Below, piece by piece: positions 8,730 to 16,710 of a DNA stretch of 20,000 bases. The translations under genes were made by a program, and so were the position numbers. The stretch's first letter is position 1. Every line of letters begins with the position of its first letter. Location: IMG/VR virus record IMGVR_UViG_3300009684_000030. The stretch is one strand, 5' to 3'. A model generated the notes under the pieces. The model saw only the letters and a list, made by a program, of their open reading frames with translations, did not search any database and had not been told where the DNA came from. This stretch comes from an uncultured virus (IMG/VR IMGVR_UViG_3300009684_000030) (Duplodnaviria > Heunggongvirae > Uroviricota > Caudoviricetes).

Positions 8730-9083
8730 ATGAAACTGTCCCTCCTATTTACAGCACTAAACCAATTAAAAACGGATCACTTCCAAACAAAAAGCCATGC
8801 CGAGCATACAGCTCTTGGTACAGCATATGATGATCTTGGTGATCTATTTGATACTTTTGTTGAACTATATTATGGATGGGAATCAATTCCATCCGAACAA
8901 GTTGTATACTCATCTAGTGCCGAATCGTATCGTGGAAATTTAATTTTCCGTTATACCAATCTTCGTAACATTATCAATGAACATCTTACAGAAGTAACAG
9001 CAAACCGCGAAGATCTAAAGAATACTCAAGCTGATATTCTTGGAGTATTTTCTCATCTGCTATATCGTTTACAGCAATCCTAA
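8730..9083 (+). CDS. Ferritin/Dps-like four-helix protein (DUF5856-like)
   Basis: HFQTKSHAEH.ALG..YD.L..L.D.FVE..YG and a C-terminal LLYRL; start reassigned to ATG 8730. Confidence 0.8.
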   Translation: MKLSLLFTALNQLKTDHFQTKSHAEHTALGTAYDDLGDLFDTFVELYYGWESIPSEQVVYSSSAESYRGNLIFRYTNLRNIINEHLTEVTANREDLKNTQADILGVFSHLLYRLQQS

Positions 9084-9094
9084 TTCAAACACAA

Positions 9095-9132
9095 AAAATC
9101 CCGCCAAGTAAATTAATGCTTGGCGGGATTTT
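9095..9132. terminator. Bidirectional intrinsic terminator
   Basis: AAAATCCCGCCAAG ... CTTGGCGGGATTTT between convergent genes. Confidence 0.9.
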
Positions 9133-9139
9133 AGTTTAG

Positions 9140-9379
9140 TTATCTATTGCCTATTATGACAGCTCTTTGATATGAGTAGTCAGAGTGCCATTTTTGTCCG
9201 GCGCCGACTACTATACCTTCTTGAAACTGATATGATTGTCCAGAGATCAAGGTCACTGTAACAGGATCATAGAGATTTGAGCGATTCAAGTTTTCTTTGT
9301 TTGCGGAGGCTAAGTTGTTCCATCCGCAGCTCTGAAGCAGCGGAACCAATAGCAGCACAAGCAGATATTTCGTCTTCAA
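9140..9379 (-). CDS. Lipoprotein, candidate o-spanin (TTG start)
   Basis: (M)KTKYLLVLLLVPLLQSC lipoprotein signal; 5' end overlaps the upstream gene in another frame. Confidence 0.6.
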   Translation of the reverse strand: MKTKYLLVLLLVPLLQSCGWNNLASANKENLNRSNLYDPVTVTLISGQSYQFQEGIVVGAGQKWHSDYSYQRAVIIGNR

Positions 9380-9488
9380 GATTATCAATTTCTTTTGATT
9401 TTTCCCATTTAACCCAGGCAACATATGCATTACATGCAGGAGCAATTGCATTCAATGCAGATGCAAGAGCAAGCAATAAAGCATTCAT
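9267..9488 (-). CDS. Membrane-anchored helical protein, candidate i-spanin
   Basis: Hydrophobic N-terminus followed by a charged helical segment; lies between the holin-like gene and the lipoprotein. Confidence 0.55.
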   Translation of the reverse strand: MNALLLALASALNAIAPACNAYVAWVKWEKSKEIDNLEDEISACAAIGSAASELRMEQLSLRKQRKLESLKSL

Positions 9489-9497
9489 ATTGGATTA

Positions 9498-9704
9498 TTA
9501 CTTTACAACCGGAGGAGTAACACCAGTGTCCTTAGCCTTAAGAATGTTCAAGGCGAGGAAATCAATGCAGGAGTATACCTTAGCCCAAACGGATCCAGGT
9601 GTAGGAGTCGGAGTTACAGCAGCAATGGCAGATGCCAATGTAACTACTGCAGTAATGATTGTGAACCATGAGGTCCCTTGTAGCGATGCGATAATGTCAG
9701 TCAT
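9498..9704 (-). CDS. Small holin-like membrane protein
   Basis: IITAVVTLASAIAAVTPTP...IDFLALNI.KAK; late promoter upstream. Confidence 0.6.
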   Translation of the reverse strand: MTDIIASLQGTSWFTIITAVVTLASAIAAVTPTPTPGSVWAKVYSCIDFLALNILKAKDTGVTPPVVK

Positions 9705-9749
9705 ATATTTTGTTTTTGTTTATACTAATCTGAATGATTAGCACTTATG

Positions 9750-9757
9750 TATTTATA
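9750..9757 (-). promoter_or_regulatory. T4-late-like promoter TATAAATA
   Basis: TATTTATA on the plus strand, upstream of the holin-like gene. Confidence 0.65.
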
Positions 9758-9759
9758 TA

Positions 9760-9948
9760 TTAGTCTTGAATACATGAACAAGAGTAAACCCAGTGATCGT
9801 CTTTCCATTCTGCTTGCTTACCACATTTACAGCAGGATTTTTTTGGAGTTGGCTTTACTTCTTGTTGGGCATTATCGCCGACGATCTCCCGAAGTTGTCC
9901 TATGTGACGAGTTGGTTTATATTCAGTATATTCTTGTTTAGTGTTCAT
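9760..9948 (-). CDS. Small Cys-rich (zinc-ribbon-like) protein
   Basis: CCKC...CSC motifs; AATAAATA variant promoter at 9962-9955. Confidence 0.6.
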   Translation of the reverse strand: MNTKQEYTEYKPTRHIGQLREIVGDNAQQEVKPTPKKSCCKCGKQAEWKDDHWVYSCSCIQD

Positions 9949-9989
9949 ATATAGTATTTATTGTTTCTTTAGAGTTTATGGATGATTAT

Positions 9990-10634
9990 TTAGTATCCCC
10001 ATGCTTCCAAGGAATATTTAAACGGATTTCCTTCGATATTTCTTACAGCTTCTAGCATCTCACCAACTAATTCACGGGTTTCTTGCTGTGCATCCGGTTT
10101 CAATCTTAGAGCAAATAAATGCATCATGGCATGAAAACTTCCCGTCCAGATAAACTTAGTTTCCAAACATAGCGGTAGATGAATTCGGCACATTTCTTTA
10201 GCCACACCATAATCAGCCATTTCTTTATATAACTCTTTTGACTGTTCAATAATATTATTAATACGGTCAATGAAGTATTTATTTTTATCTTCTGATAGAT
10301 TACCCGCAGATCCTTGTTTACTGTCCTTAGATTGGAATCTAAGAACTTCTGGTTTCCAATATGTATCAGAAAAATCTACATATCTCCCGCTGATGCTGTT
10401 CCTAGCCCAACCTATCTGATGTGTGAATAATTGTCGCTCTACAAAAATAGGACACGAAATTCTGAATTGTAATTGTGCATGTCTAAATGGGCTAGTATGC
10501 TTATGTTCAGCAAGATATTTCAATAGTTTTCCATCACTCTCACTTACTTCAGCAGATTCCTTATCAAAAGAAACTCTGGCAATATTAGCGATCATAAGAT
10601 CATCTCCAAAATGTTTAAGCAATTCTATATTCAT
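9990..10634 (-). CDS. thyX: FAD-dependent thymidylate synthase
   Basis: ARVS, H.SPF.H, PIFV.RQ..THQ....NSISGRY, G.AKE..R..LP, LR....AQ.E.R. Confidence 0.95.
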   Translation of the reverse strand: MNIELLKHFGDDLMIANIARVSFDKESAEVSESDGKLLKYLAEHKHTSPFRHAQLQFRISCPIFVERQLFTHQIGWARNSISGRYVDFSDTYWKPEVLRFQSKDSKQGSAGNLSEDKNKYFIDRINNIIEQSKELYKEMADYGVAKEMCRIHLPLCLETKFIWTGSFHAMMHLFALRLKPDAQQETRELVGEMLEAVRNIEGNPFKYSLEAWGY

Positions 10635-10639
10635 ATTTG

Positions 10640-10948
10640 TTAAAATTTATTAAAGGTTGAATTCATTTTAAAATCCCGCCATTCTTCTTCAGTTGCATAA
10701 TCTTCAAGTTCTGGATTCTGAATCTCTATTAGATGTTCTACTAGGTTTGCAAGTTGTTGATCATCTAAAATAACTTCATCTTTATATGGGGTTCCCTTAA
10801 GACACGCCCAGGCCAACTTAATGCGATTAGGCCAACAACGATCGCTTGGATCACGACTAAATAATGCAATCTCTGTTCCAAAGTCGGTATTATGTTCTAC
10901 CCATAATCCTTCCATTCCACAATCACATGGGAAAAATTTACCGTTCAT
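10640..10948 (-). CDS. Hypothetical protein (MNGKFFPCDCG...)
   Basis: ORF track trimmed to the ATG at 10948. Confidence 0.7.
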   Translation of the reverse strand: MNGKFFPCDCGMEGLWVEHNTDFGTEIALFSRDPSDRCWPNRIKLAWACLKGTPYKDEVILDDQQLANLVEHLIEIQNPELEDYATEEEWRDFKMNSTFNKF

Positions 10949-10949
10949 A

Positions 10950-11084
10950 TTATTTAATTTCAATAGGTACTACTGTTTCTACTAAACGCTTCCATGAGCG
11001 CCTTCTCTTTCGACAACCCTTATAGTATAGTTGCTGTTCATTGGATTCTCTTTGTAGTATCAATGATTGTTTTAGAATTGTCAT
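10950..11084 (-). CDS. Small basic protein (44 aa, MTILKQSLILQRE...RKRRRSWKR...)
   Basis: Manual translation; stop lies 1 nt before the next ATG. Confidence 0.5.
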   Translation of the reverse strand: MTILKQSLILQRESNEQQLYYKGCRKRRRSWKRLVETVVPIEIK

Positions 11085-11108
11085 GGATATTCTATATAGG
11101 CTCTAGCC

Positions 11109-11501
11109 TTATTTCAGAAGTAATTCAATAATCTTTTCAGCATTCCCGGCAAAACTAGGGAATTCTAAAGAGGAAAATTCGGCTCCATGTTTCTTGACAA
11201 ACTTCTTCCAATCCTTGAGAGCTTCAGGAGTAATAGGTCGTGATGATGGTCGAGCCTCACTTGCTTCTCGAATTATATTAAGTAATTGATCCTCTTTATC
11301 ACGAGCAGCAGCGGTAAGTTCAGCCTTTGCAGGATATACTTGTTGACGAATAGATGTTGAGTATTCATCGACCTTTACCAACCACCATCCTTCCCTTAAT
11401 CCGTCATAAGCACAGTTATCACTAGCTCGCACATATTTTCTTCCAACCTTTTTATATAAGGTCTGAGATTCTTTTAATTCTATTCTTTCTTTTGCAGTCA
11501 T
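11109..11501 (-). CDS. Hypothetical protein (LYKKVGRKY motif)
   Basis: ORF track; ATGA overlap with the upstream gene. Confidence 0.75.
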   Translation of the reverse strand: MTAKERIELKESQTLYKKVGRKYVRASDNCAYDGLREGWWLVKVDEYSTSIRQQVYPAKAELTAAARDKEDQLLNIIREASEARPSSRPITPEALKDWKKFVKKHGAEFSSLEFPSFAGNAEKIIELLLK

Positions 11502-12199
11502 ATATTTAATAATCTATGTTCCTTAATTTGTTCAATTGAAAGGATTGTAGAATAACAATCCTTAAACTCAACCCAATGATACTCATGAAAATGGCCCGCA
11601 TAATGCATCTTCGCTTTAGATTTAACAATAAGTTTGTCATGGTTCTTACGTTCTTCAAAACATTCATCCCAGAGTGTTTTATCTTTTTCACACCAACCAG
11701 ATAGACCTGCTTTATCAAATGGTCCATTCCATGTCGGGGCGGAATGTGTAATCAGAACATCACAATCAACTATCTTTGATTCATCATAATTAAATTTTTC
11801 ACCAATCCAATATGACCTACCAACTTCGCGATAATACCTATCAATAGAAATAGCGCCCCCCACAAAAAGAAAGCGTTCTCCATTAATTACTTCATGATAA
11901 TAATCTGGAAGCAACCTAAAATGACTTAGGTTAATTTGTTTTGCTCCATTGAAATACTCAGGATCATCATGATTCCCTCGAATAGACATAAATGAAATAT
12001 CGCGTTCTGCAAAAAGAGTATTGAGTTTCTTCACAGCATGCATTTCTCCCTTGGCCGGATGTTGAAATCCGATACCAAGATCCCCAACACAAATTAGATA
12101 ACATGAACGAAGATCAAGCTGTTCAACTTGTTCTTTAAGACGCCCAAATGCGGCGTGAATATCCCCAATGATGAGGATCGGTTTGCAATAGTTTGACAT
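11498..12199 (-). CDS. Calcineurin-like metallophosphoesterase
   Basis: GDIH, GDLG, GNHD, GGA.SID, THSAP, GHFH. Confidence 0.92.
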   Translation of the reverse strand: MSNYCKPILIIGDIHAAFGRLKEQVEQLDLRSCYLICVGDLGIGFQHPAKGEMHAVKKLNTLFAERDISFMSIRGNHDDPEYFNGAKQINLSHFRLLPDYYHEVINGERFLFVGGAISIDRYYREVGRSYWIGEKFNYDESKIVDCDVLITHSAPTWNGPFDKAGLSGWCEKDKTLWDECFEERKNHDKLIVKSKAKMHYAGHFHEYHWVEFKDCYSTILSIEQIKEHRLLNI

Positions 12200-12206
12200 A
12201 GGATAA

Positions 12207-12350
12207 TTATTTATTTACAACATGAATACGTTCTTGTTTTACTTGAAACGATACAACTTTATCATCTGGGCAAAGAAAGAATACCATAACCGCAACAGCG
12301 ACTATGATGACACAGAATATATTACAAAGTATATAGGTTTCAGTTTTCAT
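12207..12350 (-). CDS. Small single-TM protein (47 aa)
   Basis: Manual translation MKTETYILCNIFCVIIVAVAVMVFFLCPDD...; fills the gap. Confidence 0.55.
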   Translation of the reverse strand: MKTETYILCNIFCVIIVAVAVMVFFLCPDDKVVSFQVKQERIHVVNK

Positions 12351-12702
12351 TATTATCATCTTCTTCTTCTTCTAAGGAGTCATCTCGAAATGTTTGTTTT
12401 GCGAGTTTATGTTTTTGCCATTCTTCATAGCAATAATCGAAATAGGATAGCCCTGTCAATTTCTCATACTGTTCCTCGGCATGAGACTCATCGGCATCAG
12501 ATGGATCAACCATACCCCAATAGCAGAAGAATTCATCCTCTTGACCTATCGTTGGCTCAAGATCTTTCAGACCTGCATGAAGTCGATTTCCTTCGCACCA
12601 AGGGCATGAGCCATGATTGCAGCAAGTACGATCAAATGCCTTCGATTTTCGATAGGGCTTCCGCTTTTCCTTTTTGTGTTCTATTGCTTTGTCTAGGCTC
12701 AT
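12340..12702 (-). CDS. Hypothetical protein with a basic N-terminus, C-x-NHG-x-C-x2-C motif and acidic tail
   Basis: ORF track; CCNHGSCPWC. Confidence 0.75.
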   Translation of the reverse strand: MSLDKAIEHKKEKRKPYRKSKAFDRTCCNHGSCPWCEGNRLHAGLKDLEPTIGQEDEFFCYWGMVDPSDADESHAEEQYEKLTGLSYFDYCYEEWQKHKLAKQTFRDDSLEEEEDDNNEN

Positions 12703-12714
12703 AATGTAAAAAAT

Positions 12715-12846
12715 TTAGAATTTACAATGAACTCCATGAGGAGTAGTTTCAGGAGAGAGGCGAACATTCACGTCATCCTTGGTCATATGACAAGCAAAGG
12801 CAGATGCAGCGGTAAGAATGATGAGGAGGAAGTAGTTCAGTTTCAT
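12715..12846 (-). CDS. Small exported or lipoprotein-like early peptide (43 aa)
   Basis: Manual translation MKLNYFLLIILTAASAFACHMTKDDVNVRLSPETTPHGVHCKF; first gene after promoter copy 3. Confidence 0.7.
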   Translation of the reverse strand: MKLNYFLLIILTAASAFACHMTKDDVNVRLSPETTPHGVHCKF

Positions 12847-12852
12847 ATGTGA

Positions 12853-12901
12853 GGTGGTTTGCTTACAACAATATTGTACCATATTTTCATCGGTTTGTAC
12901 A
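12853..12901 (-). promoter_or_regulatory. Repeated sigma70-like promoter and leader, copy 3
   Basis: TGTACA (12901-12896), 17-bp spacer, TGG-TACAAT (12878-12873). Confidence 0.85.
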
Positions 12902-13161
12902 TAAGAAAATTGCTATTTGACTAAAATAGTTTGGTAACTGCAAACCAACCACTTAGGAGGTAGTCGGAAATTCCATGAGGACATGGGATGCCCAAGAAAT
13001 GAAATATTGCATCTTTTGATACTGTAAGCCATTGGTTTACAGTAGATGAATCCATAGTTTTTACCTAAAGCCCTGAGGCCTTCAATACCTCAATCCTACA
13101 TGGGAATCCCCCGATTAAGTTCATCTAATTGCATGGATTCCGACTCCAATAAATATGTTTA

Positions 13162-13977
13162 ATGATTGTTCACTCTTATTTACATAGCAATGATGGGGGT
13201 GGCCTCGGTGATTTTCTTCGAGGGTCATTAGCATGCCATCAATTATGTGGTCGATACAATATTCCGTATGCAATCGATTTCTCTAAACACTCAATTGGAA
13301 ATTATTTAATTCCATCACATAATACTGACATCTCATCATTTCGAGAACATGAATGCAGAAATGTCGGAGGTCAAACAGTAGCCGGTCTTCGTTTTCATCT
13401 AATGAGAATGTATAAACTTTCTAGCCTTTCACGTAATGAAAATAATTGCTGCATCTATACTAATACATATCCGACATTTCCTATTAGAGAAGCAACACGG
13501 CAATTTACACGGGAGGCTCTTGTACCCAATCAAACTCTATCAGCATTACTGCCCGTGATTGATCATGAGTATGAGGTCATACATATTAGGGCGGGCGATC
13601 TTATTTCATTTAATGCCCATATCTGTTTTATCGTTGACATCACAAAGGATGATTTAATTAAAGCTATAATTAAAGATGTACAGAAAATTGTTGCTACTGC
13701 AATTCATCCGGTAATTATTATGTCTGACTCAGTTGAGCTCAAAAATACATTAGCTGAGGAATGCGGTGTTCTACAAACACAAACAACTCCTCAGCATTTA
13801 ACATTCGAAAGTGCTTCTGCTGTAGATACACTAATCGATTATTTTACGCTTTCAAAGGCACGAAAAATTCATCAATTTTCTGTTCACCCTTGGGGTTCGG
13901 GATTTTCAGATACGGTGAATTGGATATACGGAGTTCCTTTACAACGATATACCCTAGATCAAATATCTTCAGACTGA
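13162..13977 (+). CDS. Putative glycosyltransferase (GDP-fucose/NodZ/GT11-like fold)
   Basis: GGLGD..RG, IHIRAGD, IMSDS, D.F.LSKA, SGFS motifs. Confidence 0.7.
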   Translation: MIVHSYLHSNDGGGLGDFLRGSLACHQLCGRYNIPYAIDFSKHSIGNYLIPSHNTDISSFREHECRNVGGQTVAGLRFHLMRMYKLSSLSRNENNCCIYTNTYPTFPIREATRQFTREALVPNQTLSALLPVIDHEYEVIHIRAGDLISFNAHICFIVDITKDDLIKAIIKDVQKIVATAIHPVIIMSDSVELKNTLAEECGVLQTQTTPQHLTFESASAVDTLIDYFTLSKARKIHQFSVHPWGSGFSDTVNWIYGVPLQRYTLDQISSD

Positions 13978-14186
13978 AGATCATAAATATCTTCAGACTG
14001 AAGATCATAAAGATCTTCATCAGAGGAAAACATTTCCTTTACTGAATCTTCCATAAAAGTATTATGGATCATTATCGTTTTAAACACATTAATCCAATCA
14101 TCAACCGTTGCATATTCTGAAATGGTTAGTTGAAGTTTTTTGTTATCTGATTCGACTGTAACTGTAATGTTATTTTCTGTTTCCAT
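13959..14186 (-). CDS. Acidic hypothetical protein with a C-terminal YDLQSEDI repeat
   Basis: ORF track. Confidence 0.65.
   Translation of the reverse strand: METENNITVTVESDNKKLQLTISEYATVDDWINVFKTIMIHNTFMEDSVKEMFSSDEDLYDLQSEDIYDLQSEDI
13961..14019. repeat. 24-bp tandem repeat (two exact copies plus a partial one) with an internal palindrome
   Basis: AAATATCTTCAGACTGAAGATCAT at 13961 and 13985; internal ATCTTCAG-A-CTGAAGAT. Confidence 0.9.
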
Positions 14187-14190
14187 AGAT

Positions 14191-14712
14191 TTATTTATTG
14201 AAGTATTCTTTTACTTGTTCCAGAGATGCAAACCATGATCCAGTTTGAGGATATAGAACATCGACCCCGCAATTGAAATACTTTCGGTTTAGAACCGTTT
14301 TTCCATACCAATTTCGTTTCATAATACTTTGTAGATGAACATGTGCATGCACATTGCCGATGCGGTTTCTCATTTCATCTGGATGAATTGGGCAGTGAGT
14401 AAGCCACATTGCTTTGTATTTAAGAATCCCATGAATTTCTTCAAAGACTTCCATTTGATGTGCAGAGGAGCAATAATCATCATGGTTTCCCTTAATGAGA
14501 ATCTTTCGCCCATGTAGGGGTTTCAGAAGTTCGAGCGATTCCATATTAAAGGCTACATCGCCAAGCATATAAACAATATCCTTAGAGCGAATAGTCTTCT
14601 TCCATTGATCGACAAATTGTGCCGTATTATCAGCAGGAGAATTAACCCATTTACGATATTTAGAAATCGCTTTATGTCCTAGATGCGGGCAGCCTGTAAA
14701 ATATACACTCAT
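14191..14712 (-). CDS. Short phage metallophosphoesterase
   Basis: GCPHLGH, LGDV, GNHD, THCP, HAHVH, N.GVD. Confidence 0.88.
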   Translation of the reverse strand: MSVYFTGCPHLGHKAISKYRKWVNSPADNTAQFVDQWKKTIRSKDIVYMLGDVAFNMESLELLKPLHGRKILIKGNHDDYCSSAHQMEVFEEIHGILKYKAMWLTHCPIHPDEMRNRIGNVHAHVHLQSIMKRNWYGKTVLNRKYFNCGVDVLYPQTGSWFASLEQVKEYFNK

Positions 14713-14957
14713 AGTTTTGTTCTAATGCGGTCAAACGCAAGGTCAAGGTCGGTTGCAGTGCGGATGAATATATTTTCGGACCATGAATGAGATGTTGCAT
14801 AGGTAACATTTAGCATTATCCTGGGACACGCTTGAGAATAATCCACATAAGTATTAGCATCCCATCCACATAATTCATGCAGAAACTTAATAGCGATTCG
14901 CTTCGCTTCTTTATTGGAGATTTCCCCGATGACAGTTTGAGCCATAGTGACTTGCAT
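14709..14957 (-). CDS. Hypothetical protein, predicted leaderless
   Basis: ORF track; promoter directly upstream. Confidence 0.7.
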   Translation of the reverse strand: MQVTMAQTVIGEISNKEAKRIAIKFLHELCGWDANTYVDYSQACPRIMLNVTYATSHSWSENIFIRTATDLDLAFDRIRTKL

Positions 14958-14963
14958 GGAATT

Positions 14964-14992
14964 ATTATATACGGAATTTAATTAATTGTAAA
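14964..14992 (-). promoter_or_regulatory. Sigma70-like promoter
   Basis: TTTACA (14992-14987), 17-bp spacer, TATAAT (14969-14964), ATG 6 nt downstream. Confidence 0.8.
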
Positions 14993-14997
14993 TAAAA

Positions 14998-15588
14998 TTA
15001 GTCAAGTTTTTGTGTGATTACAAGGATACTATCACCATAGTCATCACGAATAATTTCCCAGTCATAATAATCACAGAGATATAGCCCCGAACAATTAAGT
15101 GTACCGCCTTCAACGATTTCAAAAGAAGAAATATCTTCATTACCCATCATAAGAGATTCACGAAGCTCTCTTGCTGCTTCATTTTGCTCACCGAGGTCAA
15201 TCTCATCAAGACTATCCGCAATGAGATTACCGGTCTGCACGGGTTTATATTCAGCCAATTCAACCTCAAGCATCTTAATCTTAATTTGTGCTGATTCAAG
15301 TTGAAACGCAAGACTCGGAACATGTTTCTCCTCAGCCTTTTCTTTGGCGATTTGCTCAAAGCCATCATTAATATCTTTCCCTAGATTAGGGTGTTCTTTG
15401 GTAGAATCTCTAAAGTCGGAAAAGCCTTTATATGCGTCAAACAATCCCATTGGATAATTATAATGCCTACCACGATCATTACGAATACGGTAAGTTGCAG
15501 CATCATAATCAAGACTAATGACAATATACACATCACCACTGGTTAGTGTTCCATATCCATAATTGTCAATACATTTTACTTTTTTCAT
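14998..15588 (-). CDS. Hypothetical protein (N-terminal KVKCIDN..LT.G..Y.V small beta domain, acidic C-terminus)
   Basis: ORF track. Confidence 0.75.
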   Translation of the reverse strand: MKKVKCIDNYGYGTLTSGDVYIVISLDYDAATYRIRNDRGRHYNYPMGLFDAYKGFSDFRDSTKEHPNLGKDINDGFEQIAKEKAEEKHVPSLAFQLESAQIKIKMLEVELAEYKPVQTGNLIADSLDEIDLGEQNEAARELRESLMMGNEDISSFEIVEGGTLNCSGLYLCDYYDWEIIRDDYGDSILVITQKLD

Positions 15589-15592
15589 ATTT

Positions 15593-15787
15593 TTATTTTG
15601 TGTTAGAAATTAGAACATTCAGGAGATGACTGTAGTCACCGGACATACAATCCTTCAAAACTGCATCAACTTCAGATTTAGGCGTTCCTTGACGCCGGGC
15701 TTCTTTGGAGAACGCTCCCATAAGAGAAAATGCATTTCCATCAAGACCTACTAATTTCATTTTTACTTCTTTTGTTACGTGTTGCAT
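15593..15787 (-). CDS. Conserved small phage protein (L.G.DGNAF..MG...SGDY..LL)
   Basis: ORF track trimmed to the ATG at 15787; recognisable motif. Confidence 0.8.
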   Translation of the reverse strand: MQHVTKEVKMKLVGLDGNAFSLMGAFSKEARRQGTPKSEVDAVLKDCMSGDYSHLLNVLISNTK

Positions 15788-15791
15788 AATT

Positions 15792-15989
15792 TTATCGGTT
15801 CTTAAGGCGGATGAAAACATCCTTATTGTGATCCATAAGTTCAGCCAACAAGGTATGGCAAAAATCATCCCATTCATCAAGGGTGATTTCTTCCTTCTTA
15901 ACCTTTTCAAACATCAGATGATATTGTTCAGCGCGAAGAGTTTCAATGGAATCATTCATAGTATTATACGGTGGGGTTTGTGATTTCAT
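15792..15989 (-). CDS. Hypothetical protein (start at 15989 or 15959)
   Basis: ORF track; packed operon. Confidence 0.65.
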   Translation of the reverse strand: MKSQTPPYNTMNDSIETLRAEQYHLMFEKVKKEEITLDEWDDFCHTLLAELMDHNKDVFIRLKNR

Positions 15990-16156
15990 ACGGTATAACC
16001 ATGATCCTTAGACCATTGTCTCCAAGCCTGCCCGTGTGAGAAAAAGCTTTGGCATATTGCCCGATGATGGTTGCGAACCGTCGGATTAGGATCGTGCCTC
16101 TTCCGAAAGGAAGGCATTACGAACTCCATGCAAGAGGATCTGTAGTTGTTTGGCAT
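15986..16156 (-). CDS. Small early protein (56 aa, MPNNYRSS...)
   Basis: The ORF-track start at 16195 lies inside the promoter; ATG 16156 follows the conserved leader. Confidence 0.65.
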   Translation of the reverse strand: MPNNYRSSCMEFVMPSFRKRHDPNPTVRNHHRAICQSFFSHGQAWRQWSKDHGYTV

Positions 16157-16165
16157 ATTCTGTTC

Positions 16166-16214
16166 GGTGGTTTGCTTACAACAATATTGTACCATATTTT
16201 CATCGGCTTGTAAA
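16166..16214 (-). promoter_or_regulatory. Repeated sigma70-like promoter and leader, copy 4
   Basis: TTTACA (16214-16209), 17-bp spacer, TGG-TACAAT (16191-16186); 41 bp identical to copy 3. Confidence 0.85.
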
Positions 16215-16234
16215 TGACTAAATCGCTGAATATG

Positions 16235-16271
16235 AAAAAAAAGTGCAGAAATCTTACGAAAATCTGCACTT
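16235..16271 (-). terminator. Intrinsic terminator
   Basis: AAGTGCAGA/TCTGCACTT stem followed by a T-run on the minus strand. Confidence 0.7.
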
Positions 16272-16273
16272 CT

Positions 16274-16324
16274 GTTGGTTTATAGCCACTTAGGACTATG
16301 GTTGGTTTCTAATCACTTAGGACT
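16274..16324. repeat. Two 24-bp direct repeats (21/24 identical) containing the CACTTAGGA box
   Basis: GTTGGTTTATAGCCACTTAGGACT (16274-16297) and GTTGGTTTCTAATCACTTAGGACT (16301-16324). Confidence 0.8.
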
Positions 16325-16593
16325 CAGCCTTTCTCAACAAATGTGTATAGCTCCTGTGCTCTACTAATGATGTCAGACGGCTTAGGAAGCAATTCATCAA
16401 TTTTATTGGAGTCAACACATGGAATAGGAATAGTTCCTTTCCAATCGGTATTCTCAGACTGACGAACATATTGTTCAAATTCCCGATTATCTTTCTCCTT
16501 GAGAATACTTAGCTTCTCATAGAATTTATTTGTTTCGTCGCTATGTGCCATGCTTAGTATATCGAGACGAATTTCGAATGCGTTTTTATTCAT
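16324..16593 (-). CDS. Conserved T4-like phage hypothetical protein (KNAFEIRL.IL.MA ... A.ELY.FV)
   Basis: ORF track; motif pattern. Confidence 0.8.
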   Translation of the reverse strand: MNKNAFEIRLDILSMAHSDETNKFYEKLSILKEKDNREFEQYVRQSENTDWKGTIPIPCVDSNKIDELLPKPSDIISRAQELYTFVEKG

Positions 16594-16656
16594 TTTTGTG
16601 TATATGTATGTGTTAGAGCAATCATTATTAACTGCTCATATATTATATATAAAGAC

Positions 16657-16697
16657 AAAAAAATGCCCCGGTGCTGCATAGTGCTAACACACCGAGG
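16657..16697 (-). terminator. Intrinsic terminator
   Basis: CCTCGGTG...CACCGGGG-CA-TTTTTTT on the minus strand, after the stop at 16711. Confidence 0.75.
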
Positions 16698-16710
16698 TCT
16701 GTTTTACGGA

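Noticed and set aside
13961..14019. Mini-CRISPR array
   Set aside because: The palindromic repeats are directly adjacent with no spacers, lie in coding sequence, and no cas genes are present
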